From NCBI GenBank assembly GCA_963591995.1, contig CAVAUJ010000003.1:6302-70301 (forward strand): a stretch of DNA of 64,000 nucleotides, given 5' to 3'. The notes beneath the pieces are model-generated. The model did not search any database and was not told the origin of the DNA. It was given only the letters and a program-made list of their open reading frames with translations. The translations under genes and the position numbers were made by a program. Below, piece by piece: positions 29,988-39,425 of this stretch. Positions within the stretch are counted from its first letter, which is position 1. Each line of letters starts with the position of its first letter. This stretch comes from Succinivibrio sp. (GTDB lineage Bacteria; Bacillota; Clostridia; Lachnospirales; Lachnospiraceae).

Positions 29988-31777
29988 GCATTCTGAATCT
30001 GGAGCATGTCAGCAAGAATCTGGGAGGCCGCGTCATTCTGGACGGGGCCTCCGTTGGCATTGAGGCGGGGGAGAAGGTCGGCATCATCGGCATCAACGGA
30101 ACGGGCAAATCCACGCTGCTTTCTCTTGTCGCGGGGACCATGGAGCCGGATGAGGGGGAGATCATCTGTCAGAAGGGACTGCGGATCGCATACCTTCCGC
30201 AGAATCCGGTATTCGATGAAAAGAAAAGTCTTCTGGACAACGTGACGGGGCGGGTTTCGGGGAAGGCGGAGCATTGGGATACGGCGGGAGAGGTTCGCTC
30301 GAATCTGCTGAAATTCGGGATTCCGGATCCGGAGATTTCGCCGGCACAGCTGTCCGGCGGGCAGAAAAAGCGTGCGGCACTGGTCGCAGCCATGCTGACG
30401 CCCTCCGATGTTCTCATTCTGGATGAGCCGACCAACCATCTCGACGCACAGATGATTGAAGAACTGCAGCATTTCCTGGAGGGATATCGGGGAACGCTGC
30501 TCATGGTGACGCACGACCGGTATTTTCTGGACGAGGTGACCGAGGTCATTCTGGAAATTGACAGGGGAAAGGTCTACCGATACGAGGGCGATTACGAGGA
30601 ATATTTAAGACTCCGGCAGGAGCGGCTCGACAGTGCGGTGGCGGCAGAGCGCAAAATGGCGGCGCTGTACCGGCAGGATCTGGCCTGGATGATGCGCGGC
30701 GCAAGGGCGAGATCGACCAAACAGAAGGCGCACATCCAGCGCTTCGAGGCGCTGCGGGACAGAGAACGGATTCGGGAGGAGCGGCAGGTACAGATGGAAT
30801 CGCTTCCCTCCCGTATCGGCGGGAAAACCATTGAGCTTCACGGCATCAGCAAGTGCTACGGCGGGAAGAGGCTGTATCAGGAGTTCACCTATCACTTTCG
30901 AAGGACGGACCGGATCGGCATCATCGGACCGAACGGGTGCGGCAAGTCCACCTTGATCCGGACGATTCTGGGAGAGATCGCGCCGGATGAGGGAAGCGTT
31001 GTCATCGGGAAGACCATTCAATTCGGGTATTTCTCACAGGAAAACGAACAGCTGGATCCGACGGCGCGGGTCATCGATTATATCCGCGGCACGGCAGAAT
31101 ACATCCGCACGGCGGATGGTCTGGTGTCCGCCTCGGAGATGTGCGACCGCTTCCTGTTCGATCCGAAGCTGCAATATGCAAGAATTGAGAAGCTGTCGGG
31201 CGGTGAGAAGAGGAGACTGTATCTTCTGCGGGTGCTGATGGACAACCCCAACGTGCTGATTCTCGATGAGCCGACCAACGATCTGGACATCCAGACCCTG
31301 CAGATTCTGGAGGATTATCTGGACCGCTTCGCAGGGATTCTGATCGTCGTCTCGCATGACCGGTATTTTCTGGACCGGGTCGTCACGAGAATTTTCGCCT
31401 TCGAAGAGGATGGACATCTGTGGCAGAGCGAGGGCGGCTATGAGGAATACCACCGGCATCTTCTCGAAGCCGGAAAGCAGGCGGCGGGAACGGACGACCT
31501 GCGTGTGCAGACAAAGGGCGCAAGAAGTGCGGAGGATGCCGGCCACAGGGCAAAGCTCTCCTACAAGGATCAGCGTGAATACGATTCCATTGAGGCGGAG
31601 ATTGACGGGCTGCAGCAAAGAGCCGATGCACTGGCGGCGCAGATTCCGGAGGCAGCCACCGACTACGAAAGGCTCCGGCAGCTCACCGAGGAGAAGGAGC
31701 AGCTGGATGCCCGGATCGAGGAGCGGATGGAGCGATATCTGGAGCTGCAGGACATGGTGGATGCCTGCAGCCCGTGA
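29984..31777 (+). CDS. uup: ABC-F family ATPase (Uup/YfmR-like)
   Basis: Tandem ABC domains, no TM; LDEPTNHLD and LDEPTNDLD; ARARSTKQKA linker; C-terminal coiled coil LSYKDQRE. Confidence 0.85.
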   Translation: MSILNLEHVSKNLGGRVILDGASVGIEAGEKVGIIGINGTGKSTLLSLVAGTMEPDEGEIICQKGLRIAYLPQNPVFDEKKSLLDNVTGRVSGKAEHWDTAGEVRSNLLKFGIPDPEISPAQLSGGQKKRAALVAAMLTPSDVLILDEPTNHLDAQMIEELQHFLEGYRGTLLMVTHDRYFLDEVTEVILEIDRGKVYRYEGDYEEYLRLRQERLDSAVAAERKMAALYRQDLAWMMRGARARSTKQKAHIQRFEALRDRERIREERQVQMESLPSRIGGKTIELHGISKCYGGKRLYQEFTYHFRRTDRIGIIGPNGCGKSTLIRTILGEIAPDEGSVVIGKTIQFGYFSQENEQLDPTARVIDYIRGTAEYIRTADGLVSASEMCDRFLFDPKLQYARIEKLSGGEKRRLYLLRVLMDNPNVLILDEPTNDLDIQTLQILEDYLDRFAGILIVVSHDRYFLDRVVTRIFAFEEDGHLWQSEGGYEEYHRHLLEAGKQAAGTDDLRVQTKGARSAEDAGHRAKLSYKDQREYDSIEAEIDGLQQRADALAAQIPEAATDYERLRQLTEEKEQLDARIEERMERYLELQDMVDACSP

Positions 31778-31783
31778 CCGAGT

Positions 31784-31852
31784 GATTCGCCGGAAATATA
31801 ATAAGGACATGCTGATAAAATCAGCATGTCCTTATTATATTTCCGGCGAATC
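31784..31852. repeat. Perfect 33-bp inverted repeat with 3-nt loop between convergent genes
   Basis: GATTCGCCGGAAATATAATAAGGACATGCTGAT-AAA-ATCAGCATGTCCTTATTATATTTCCGGCGAATC. Confidence 0.95.
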
Positions 31853-31863
31853 GATGTAACGGA

Positions 31864-34086
31864 TCACTGTCCTGCGGCAGCCTGCTGGGCAGCATACTGT
31901 GCGGCGAGATCTGCCTGGACCTGTGCCTGCGCCTCCGCGGCGCTCATGCCCTGGTCCATGTAGTTCTGAATGGCCTGCTGGAGCACCGCGGTCTGCGCAT
32001 CCTGCGCCGCCTGGGCTGCCGCGGCATCCGCGTCCGTCTGCGCGCTGCTGTCGGCAGAGGAGGGATCCTCCCCGCCGCCGATGTCGGTCTCCGATTCCTT
32101 TACGCTGACCGGCGGATCCGGCTTTCTGCCGGTATATTCCTGTGCCTCCTCGGCCGTCATGCCGCCGTATACAACCACGGGCATGCCGGAGTAGACATTC
32201 TCATAAAGCGTCTCGGCGGCAGAATAAGGAAGATTGACACAGCCGTGCGAGCCGCTGGCAAGGTAAATGCTGCCGCCGAATTTGCTGCGCCAGGTGGCAT
32301 CATGGAAGCCGACGCCGCGGTTGAAGGGCATCCAGAAGGTGACCGGAGATTCATAGTCCGCACCCTTGAGCACGGCGGGGGATTTTCGATAATTGATGCT
32401 ATAGGTGCCGGTCGGTGTGATGCGGTCGGCATCAATGGCCTTCCCGGAGACGCAGTCCGTCTCCAGAATGCATTTTCCCTCCACATAGAGATATACCTTC
32501 TGATGGTCCAGATCCACCTCCGCATAGGTGTCGCCGATGTCGGTATCTCCGAAGGAAGCGGCTTCCTTTGTCCAGACGGGCTCGAAGCTGCCGCTCTCGC
32601 CGGCCGTAAGGAAGGCCTTGAGGACCGTGACGGTCCCCTCCTGGTCCATCTGCCAGCCATAGTCGCCGCCGGCAACGGTGACGGTCTCTCCGTCATGGGT
32701 TGTGAATTCCCGGTCCTTGCCGTAGGTGTCGTAGCTCTCCGCAAGAGAAGCGACATATTCCGTAATGGCAGTGTCCTGAAAATCAATGTTGGATAATCTG
32801 GCCTCCATTTCCGCCTGGAGCTGTTCCTCCTCCGAGAGAAGCATCTCTGTGTCCGCGGAGGCTGTGCTGCTGTCGGAAGCAGTGTTGCTGCTGTCGGATG
32901 CGGTGTTGCTGCCGTCGGAGGCGGTGCCGTCGGCATCGGAGGTGCTCTCGGCGGAATCCGCGGCCGTTGCAGGAGGCGCAATAAAGGAAGCAAGCTGTTC
33001 CCTTGTAAGGGTCTCCTCCTTGTCATCGAAGGAGATGGTCACGGTCATATCCAGAATCTGATTGAGCACCGCACACGTCTCCTGAAGCTGCGCGTTGTCC
33101 GGCGTCAGGGAGGCCTCCCGGTAGCAGTCATCGCCGAGGGTCACCTCGGAAAGACCGGCGGAAAGAGCGGCTTCAACGGTCTGCAGAATGCCATCCTCGA
33201 GTGGAACCGTGCCGGGATCGCCTGCGACCACCTGATAGGTGCCGTCCGTGTAGCTGCAGACGGCATCGCCGGGCTGCCGGATGTTCTCGCTCCGGAAAAA
33301 GGGAAGAGCAGACACCTTCTCCCGCAGCTGCGCGGCATCGTAGAAGCCGGCGCAGGAGGCGGAGAGCTCGGTGCGGGTCCACAGCTGCAGAGGCCATCGG
33401 AACGGAGAACCTGCCCGGATCTGTGCGGCAAGATCCTCATCACAGGAAATGGAGTAGGAAATCTCCGATCCCTGCAGAGTAGCGGTAAGACCATCCCTGC
33501 CGGAAATCGTCAAGGTGTAATCTGCGGCAGCCGCCGCGAGACGCTCCTTTGCCTTTTCCGGGCTGCAGGAGGACACATCTGTGCCGTTGAGGCTTGTGTT
33601 GGGAAGGTAGTGACCGGAGTAATAAAAGCACCCGCCGAGATAGACAAGCGCCGCGGCACCTGTGATGCAGGCCAGAACGGTCAGAATCCGGCAAAAGACC
33701 CGCGCGACACTTCCGCGGCGGGAGGAGCTGCCGTCGTTGGAAGAGCTGTCGCCATCGGAAGAACGGCCGCCGTCGGAAGAGCTGTCGCCATCGGAGGGCG
33801 ACGCAGGAGAAGACGGCGCGGGAATATCATCCTCCGACCAATCGGTATCGTCCCCTGACCAATCGGTATCGTCCTCCGGCAGATCCGGAATATCGTCTTC
33901 CGACCAATCCGTATCATCCTCCGGAAGATCCGGGATGTCGTCCTCCGACAAATCCGTATCGTCCTTCGGCAGATCCGGAAGGTCGTCCTCCGTTACCTCC
34001 GAAGAGTCCGCGGGAAGGGTCTTCCGGACTGCCGCGGACGCATTCTCTTCTGCAATGGGTTCGTTTTTATCCTTGTTCTCTTTCAT
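31864..34086 (-). CDS. L,D-transpeptidase (YkuD domain) with PG-binding region and acidic repeat N-terminus
   Basis: EVDLDHQKV, TPTGTY, GFHDATWR, SHGCVNL catalytic motif; single TM near N-terminus. Confidence 0.9.
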   Translation of the reverse strand: MKENKDKNEPIAEENASAAVRKTLPADSSEVTEDDLPDLPKDDTDLSEDDIPDLPEDDTDWSEDDIPDLPEDDTDWSGDDTDWSEDDIPAPSSPASPSDGDSSSDGGRSSDGDSSSNDGSSSRRGSVARVFCRILTVLACITGAAALVYLGGCFYYSGHYLPNTSLNGTDVSSCSPEKAKERLAAAAADYTLTISGRDGLTATLQGSEISYSISCDEDLAAQIRAGSPFRWPLQLWTRTELSASCAGFYDAAQLREKVSALPFFRSENIRQPGDAVCSYTDGTYQVVAGDPGTVPLEDGILQTVEAALSAGLSEVTLGDDCYREASLTPDNAQLQETCAVLNQILDMTVTISFDDKEETLTREQLASFIAPPATAADSAESTSDADGTASDGSNTASDSSNTASDSSTASADTEMLLSEEEQLQAEMEARLSNIDFQDTAITEYVASLAESYDTYGKDREFTTHDGETVTVAGGDYGWQMDQEGTVTVLKAFLTAGESGSFEPVWTKEAASFGDTDIGDTYAEVDLDHQKVYLYVEGKCILETDCVSGKAIDADRITPTGTYSINYRKSPAVLKGADYESPVTFWMPFNRGVGFHDATWRSKFGGSIYLASGSHGCVNLPYSAAETLYENVYSGMPVVVYGGMTAEEAQEYTGRKPDPPVSVKESETDIGGGEDPSSADSSAQTDADAAAAQAAQDAQTAVLQQAIQNYMDQGMSAAEAQAQVQADLAAQYAAQQAAAGQ
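33821..33991 (-). repeat. In-frame ~45-bp tandem repeats (EDDIPDLPEDDTDWS) in the L,D-transpeptidase N-terminus
   Basis: Three near-full units plus partial units in DNA and protein; adjacent 18-bp SSDGDS units at ~33725-33796. Confidence 0.85.
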
Positions 34087-34873
34087 GGCTTTTCAATGCC
34101 CCTTTGGTTCTTCCGGAGGGGTCAAACCGGGTTAAATCATTGACAATGGCGGCGGCGATCATCATGCCGGCGACCGGGGGTACGAAGGAGGTGGAGCCGG
34201 GAAGGTCTCTTCGCTGCGTACATTTGCGGACAGATCCCGGCGGACAGATGCAATGGTGCAGGCAGGAGTTGTCGGAATCGATGGGGCGGATGGCGGGCTC
34301 CGTGGAGTAAACAACCTTCAGCTGCCGCACACCCCGCTTGCGCAGCTCCCGGCGCATGACCCTGGCCAGAGGATCCTGGGAGGTCTGAAAGAGATCCGTC
34401 ACCGTCAGCTTCGTGGGATCGGACCGGTTGCCGCAGCCCATGGCAGAGATGACGGGAACACCGGCCGACTCGGCCTGCAGGATGATCTGAATTTTCCCGG
34501 TGACCGTGTCAATGGCATCGACGACATAATCATAGGAACGAAAATCAAACTGCTCCGCATTCTCGGGAAGGAAGAAGGTCCTGTAGGTGCGCACCGTGAT
34601 TTCCGGATCGATGTCTGCCACCCGCGCCTTTGCCACATCCACCTTATACTGGCCGACGGTGCTGCGGACCGCCAGAATCTGGCGGTTCAGATTGGTGAGG
34701 CAGACACGGTCATCGTCGATGAGATCCAGGGCCCCGACCCCCATGCGGGCCAGCGCCTCGACGACATTGCCGCCGACGCCGCCGATCCCGAAGACCGCAA
34801 CGCGGCTGTGTCGGAGAATCTGCATACTGTCCGTTCCATAGATCAGTTCCGCTCTTGAATATTGATTCAGCAT
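34067..34873 (-). CDS. tcdA: tRNA threonylcarbamoyladenosine dehydratase (ThiF family)
   Basis: FGIGGVGG, TNLNRQ, YDYVVDAID, DPLARVMRRELRKRG, VVYSTE, PGSTSFVP. Confidence 0.88.
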   Translation of the reverse strand: MLNQYSRAELIYGTDSMQILRHSRVAVFGIGGVGGNVVEALARMGVGALDLIDDDRVCLTNLNRQILAVRSTVGQYKVDVAKARVADIDPEITVRTYRTFFLPENAEQFDFRSYDYVVDAIDTVTGKIQIILQAESAGVPVISAMGCGNRSDPTKLTVTDLFQTSQDPLARVMRRELRKRGVRQLKVVYSTEPAIRPIDSDNSCLHHCICPPGSVRKCTQRRDLPGSTSFVPPVAGMMIAAAIVNDLTRFDPSGRTKGALKSHEREQG

Positions 34874-35046
34874 CTGCTAACCTCGATTGCGTATCATTTG
34901 GAAAGTGAATTCCATTGAATTCTACATTATACCTAAGGAATTCGATTTAGACCATAGCAACTGTGCCGGCGAGGATGCAGGGGGCCGCCCCGCCGGGAAA
35001 AGAGGGGGGCTCCCGGAGGGTGCAGAACCCCGAAGGCGCGTCGATT

Positions 35047-36435
35047 ATGCAGTCCGAAATGATCAAGGGCAATCCGTTATCCATCATCATCCGCTTCACC
35101 ATTCCGCTGTTCATCGGAAATGTGTTCCAGCAGCTCTACAATATGTGCGATACCATCATTGTGGGTCGTTTCGTGGGCGCCAATGCGCTGGCCGCCGTGG
35201 GCTCCACGGGGACGATTATGTTCCTCATTCTGGGCTTCTGCTCCGGCCTTACGAGCGGCTTTGCCGTGCTCACCGCCCAGCGCTACGGCGCGGGGGATAT
35301 CGCCGGCGTGAAGAAGAGCGTTGCCAACAGCTTCCTTTTGTCCGGCGTGCTGATTGTCGTCATGACGGTGGGAAGCCTTGCGATTATGCGTCCTCTGCTG
35401 CGGCTGATGAATACGCCGGAGGAGATCTTTGCGGATGCCTATGCCTACATCAGTGTAATCTGTATGGGCATTATTGCGAGCGTTGCCTACAACCTCCTTT
35501 CTGCCCTTCTGCGCGCCGTCGGCAACAGTAAGATGCCGCTGGTCGTATTGGTTTTCTCGGCGGTGCTGAATGTAATCCTTGATCTGGTGCTGATCGTTTT
35601 CTTCGATATGGGAACGGCCGGCGCGGCCCTTGCGACCAATCTGGCACAGGGAATTTCCTCTGTTCTGTGCTGGCTTTATATTCTGAAGAAGGTGCCGGAG
35701 CTCACGCCGGACAAGGGAATGTGGCGCTATTATCCGTGGGCAACGGCAAGGCAGCTCCAGGTAGGGATTCCGATGGCATTGCAGTTCGGCATCACCGCCT
35801 CGGGGACCATGATCATGCAGGCGGCCATCAATCTTTACGGCGCGACGGCGGTGGCCGGCTATACCGCGGCCAGCAAGGTGCAGGGACTCATTACCCAGGG
35901 GAATTTCTCGATCGGACAGACCATGGCGACCTACGTGGGGCAGAACTACGGAGCCGGGGAGTATGAGAGAATCCGCAAGGGCGTAAAGAGTGCGGTTATC
36001 AGCATCACGGTCTATGCGGTTGCGGCAGCCCTCCTGGTGGTCGTAGCGCTCCGGCCGATGATCGCGCTCTTCTTCTCCTCCGGAACGGACATCGATGCGA
36101 TGATGCCGTATGCCAGAATGTACATTGTCTGCTGCGCGCTGTTCTATATTCCGCTGGGCTATATCTTTGTCTTCCGCAATGCCATGCAGGGCTGCGGCTA
36201 TGGACTGCTGCCGATGCTGGGAGGCGTGATGGAGCTGGTGTGCCGTCTGGCACTGGCCATCGCCTCCATGTACACCATGAATTATCTGATGGCCTCCCTG
36301 TGTGATCCGATTGCATGGCTGGGAGCCGGGATTTTCACCGCTGTGACCTATTGCTATGTGATTCGACGAGTAAAGGAGACGCTTCAGCCCTCTGCGGGGC
36401 CGGAGCCGGGCAGACCGGAGCGGGAGAAGGCATGA
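35047..36435 (+). CDS. MATE family efflux transporter
   Basis: PLFIGNVFQQLYNMCDTIIVGRFVG, ALAAVG, GQNYGAG; start uncertain. Confidence 0.88.
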   Translation: MQSEMIKGNPLSIIIRFTIPLFIGNVFQQLYNMCDTIIVGRFVGANALAAVGSTGTIMFLILGFCSGLTSGFAVLTAQRYGAGDIAGVKKSVANSFLLSGVLIVVMTVGSLAIMRPLLRLMNTPEEIFADAYAYISVICMGIIASVAYNLLSALLRAVGNSKMPLVVLVFSAVLNVILDLVLIVFFDMGTAGAALATNLAQGISSVLCWLYILKKVPELTPDKGMWRYYPWATARQLQVGIPMALQFGITASGTMIMQAAINLYGATAVAGYTAASKVQGLITQGNFSIGQTMATYVGQNYGAGEYERIRKGVKSAVISITVYAVAAALLVVVALRPMIALFFSSGTDIDAMMPYARMYIVCCALFYIPLGYIFVFRNAMQGCGYGLLPMLGGVMELVCRLALAIASMYTMNYLMASLCDPIAWLGAGIFTAVTYCYVIRRVKETLQPSAGPEPGRPEREKA

Positions 36436-37223
36436 GCCGCAGACGCAAAGGAGGCGCCCTTCGGGCGCGGCGCTATCCCCTGCTCGATGTGATTCGGGGC
36501 GCTGCGATTGTCAGCATGGTGCTCTATCACGCAAGCTGGGACCTTGTCTATCTGGCGGGGATCGACTGGCCCTGGTACCATACGGCGAAGGCACATCTGT
36601 GGCAGCAGTCGATCTGCTGGACCTTCATCCTGCTGTCCGGCGCCTGCATGACGTTATCTCACCGCCGCTGGAGGCACGGAAGCATGGTGTTCGCAGCAGG
36701 CCTTCTGGTCACGGGGGCCACGCTGGTTTTCCTTCCGGAGGAGCGTGTGGTGTTCGGCATATTGACCTTTCTGGGCAGTGCGATGCTGATCACGGCGCTT
36801 CTGGGGCGGCTTCCGGAAAAAATCCCGCCGATCTGCGGAACGGCGCTCATGGCTTTTCTCTTCTATGTCACGCGGAGGATCGGCAGCGGAATTCTGCAGC
36901 TGCCCGGGGCGCATACGGTGCCGCTTCCCGGTGGGTGGTATCACGGAATGGCGGCAACCTTCCTCGGATTTACGCAGGAGGGCTTCGTTTCGACAGATTA
37001 TTTTCCCCTTATGCCGTGGATCTTTCTGTTCTGGGCGGGGTATTACGGCGGCCTGCTGCTGCGGCAGGCGGGCAGCGGGAAGGACCGGATCCTTTCGCTT
37101 GATGTACCGCCTCTTTCCTTTCTGGGACGGCATTCGCTCCTCATTTATCTTCTGCACCAGCCGCTCCTCTACATGGCGGTGGTTCTGTGCACCCGGTCGT
37201 ATCGGTATATCGGACTATGGTAG
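36432..37223 (+). CDS. DUF1624 / heparan-alpha-glucosaminide N-acetyltransferase-like membrane protein
   Basis: RYPLLDVIRG..MVLYH..WD, FGIL, STDYFPLMPW, LGRHSLLIYLLHQP. Confidence 0.8.
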   Translation: MSRRRKGGALRARRYPLLDVIRGAAIVSMVLYHASWDLVYLAGIDWPWYHTAKAHLWQQSICWTFILLSGACMTLSHRRWRHGSMVFAAGLLVTGATLVFLPEERVVFGILTFLGSAMLITALLGRLPEKIPPICGTALMAFLFYVTRRIGSGILQLPGAHTVPLPGGWYHGMAATFLGFTQEGFVSTDYFPLMPWIFLFWAGYYGGLLLRQAGSGKDRILSLDVPPLSFLGRHSLLIYLLHQPLLYMAVVLCTRSYRYIGLW

Positions 37224-37235
37224 GGGTTATTCAGA

Positions 37236-38654
37236 ATGAGCAAACCGAATTTGATGCAATCGATGTTATCCGTCGCGGCGTGCAAGTCAACCCGGACGCT
37301 GCTGCGGCTCACCGGCAGAGGCGGTACCGCGCTGCCGGGAAAGGCGGCCTGTTTTTTTGCGGGCAGCATTCTGGAACGGGTCAGTGCCGGCATGGAGATC
37401 ATCGTGGTGACCGGCACCAACGGCAAGACGACCACCTCCCGCATGCTCGAGCACGCCTTTACGGCGGGCGGACATCCCTGTCTTGCCAACAAATCCGGCG
37501 CCAATCTTCTTTCGGGGGTGACGGCGGAGCTGACGTGCAATGCACGTTGGAACGGGGCGGCGAAAACACATTATGCGGTCATCGAATGCGATGAGGGGGC
37601 GCTCAAGCAGGTGGTGCCGCTCATTCACCCGAAGGTGATCGTGGTGACCAATCTCTTTCGCGACCAGCTGGACCGTTACGGGGAAGTGATGCATACGGTG
37701 GAACAGCTGCGCATGGGAATTGAAAAGGTTCCGGAGACGATTCTGTGCCTGAATGCAGACGATTCTCTGGTGGCTTCTCTGGCAGAGGGGGTACCCAACC
37801 GGGTGGTATGGTACGGTCTGGATCTTCCCGTCGGCGAGCAGAAGGATGCGGTGATTTCGGATGCCAAATATTGCCTTCATTGCGGCACGCCGTATCAATA
37901 TCACTATCACACCTATGCGCATCTGGGAGGCTTTTACTGCCCGTCGTGCGGATACAGGAGGCCGGAGACAGCCGTAGCCGTCACGGAAATTCACGAAATC
38001 GCAGCGGACGGGAGCACGGTCACCCTGCGGCTGCCGGAGAAGGAAGGGGCGGCACGGAACAGGGCAGCGGCAGTGCGGGGCGAGAGGGTCCGCATCGGAC
38101 TGCCGGCCGTCTACAACGTCTACAATGCGGCGGCGGCGGTGTGTGCCTACACGACCTTCGGACTCCCGAAGGAGGAGATCCTTTCGGCTCTGGCGGATGT
38201 ACATTCGAGCTTTGGCCGGATGGAGACCTTTGACCTGTCCGGAAACCGCGTGCAGATGATCCTGGTCAAGAATCCGGCGGGCTGCAACCAGGCGCTGGCC
38301 TATGTGGGAAGTCTGGAGCAGGAATATACGCTGGTGCTGTGTCTCAACGACCGGACGGCGGACGGACATGACATTTCCTGGATCTGGGATGCGGATTACG
38401 AGCAGCTGGCGGACAATCCGCACATACACCATGTTTACGTGTCCGGTGACCGGGCGGAGGACATGCAGCTGCGGCTCAAGTATGCCGGGTTCCCGGAAGA
38501 GAGCATCACGCTCAGCAAAGACAACGACAGCCTTCTGGCGATGATGCGGGAAGGGGGACGGCCCTGCTTCATCCTCCCGAACTACACCTCGATGCTGGCG
38601 CTGCGGAAGGTTCTTTCGGATGCTACGGGCGGTGCGGATTTCTGGAAAGGATAG
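37236..38654 (+). CDS. murT: Lipid II isoglutaminyl synthase, MurT subunit
   Basis: GGTALPG, TGTNGKTTT, NLFRDQLDRYGE, Cys4 zinc ribbon, LVKNPAG, DISWIWDAD. Confidence 0.9.
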   Translation: MSKPNLMQSMLSVAACKSTRTLLRLTGRGGTALPGKAACFFAGSILERVSAGMEIIVVTGTNGKTTTSRMLEHAFTAGGHPCLANKSGANLLSGVTAELTCNARWNGAAKTHYAVIECDEGALKQVVPLIHPKVIVVTNLFRDQLDRYGEVMHTVEQLRMGIEKVPETILCLNADDSLVASLAEGVPNRVVWYGLDLPVGEQKDAVISDAKYCLHCGTPYQYHYHTYAHLGGFYCPSCGYRRPETAVAVTEIHEIAADGSTVTLRLPEKEGAARNRAAAVRGERVRIGLPAVYNVYNAAAAVCAYTTFGLPKEEILSALADVHSSFGRMETFDLSGNRVQMILVKNPAGCNQALAYVGSLEQEYTLVLCLNDRTADGHDISWIWDADYEQLADNPHIHHVYVSGDRAEDMQLRLKYAGFPEESITLSKDNDSLLAMMREGGRPCFILPNYTSMLALRKVLSDATGGADFWKG

Positions 38655-38666
38655 GAGAAGAAAGCT

Positions 38667-39425
38667 ATGAAATTGCGGATCTGTCATCTCTATCCCGAGG
38701 TTCTGAATCTCTATGGGGATCGCGGCAACATTCGCTGCCTGCAGCAGAGGCTCGCCTTCCGCGGCATGGACTGCGATGTGGAGGAGCTGGGCATCGGCGA
38801 GAACAGGCCGCTGGATGCCTACGATCTGTTCTTCATCGGCGGCGGACAGGATTTCGAGCAGGAGGTGCTCCTGGAGGATCTGAAGGCCGGCAAGGGAGAG
38901 GAGCTGCGGGCGGCTGTGGAGGACGGCAAGACCTTTCTGTGCATTTGCGGCGGCTACCAGATGATGGGGCATTATTATCAGACCTACGACGGGACCCGGT
39001 GTGAATTTCTGGGAGCGGTGGATTTCTATACCGTGGGCTCGAAAGAGCGGATGATCGGCAACTATGCGTTTCGCCTCGGAGAGGAATCCGGCGGCAGCAC
39101 GGTTGTCGGGTTCGAGAACCACAGCGGCAAAACCTTCCTGGGGAAGGGGGTGTCGCCCCTTGGAAGCGTGATAAAGGGATACGGCAACAACGGGGAGGAC
39201 GGCAGAGAGGGCGTGCGCTACCGGAATGTGTTCGGCACGTATTCGCACGGCCCTGTGCTGCCCAAGAACCCGGAATTTGCGGATTTTCTGCTGCAGACCG
39301 CACTGGACCGCCGTTTCGGAAAGGGGAGCATAGAGCTCCCGCCTCTGGAGGACGGCTTTGAGCGGCTGGCGCATGAGAGCGTGCTGGCAGGGGTCCTTGC
39401 GGGAAGGCAGGGCGCCAATGCATAG
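38667..39425 (+). CDS. gatD: Lipid II isoglutaminyl synthase, glutaminase subunit
   Basis: LNLYGDRGN, GGGQDFEQ, ICGGYQ, GFENH, YSHGPVLPKNP; follows murT. Confidence 0.9.
   Translation: MKLRICHLYPEVLNLYGDRGNIRCLQQRLAFRGMDCDVEELGIGENRPLDAYDLFFIGGGQDFEQEVLLEDLKAGKGEELRAAVEDGKTFLCICGGYQMMGHYYQTYDGTRCEFLGAVDFYTVGSKERMIGNYAFRLGEESGGSTVVGFENHSGKTFLGKGVSPLGSVIKGYGNNGEDGREGVRYRNVFGTYSHGPVLPKNPEFADFLLQTALDRRFGKGSIELPPLEDGFERLAHESVLAGVLAGRQGANA

Noticed and set aside
33725..33991. CRISPR array
   Set aside because: Repeats are contiguous, in frame within a CDS, lack unique spacers, and no cas genes are present
34907..34944. Three GAATTC hexamers in the tcdA-MATE divergent region
   Set aside because: Irregular spacing in an AT-rich promoter region; not distinguishable from chance
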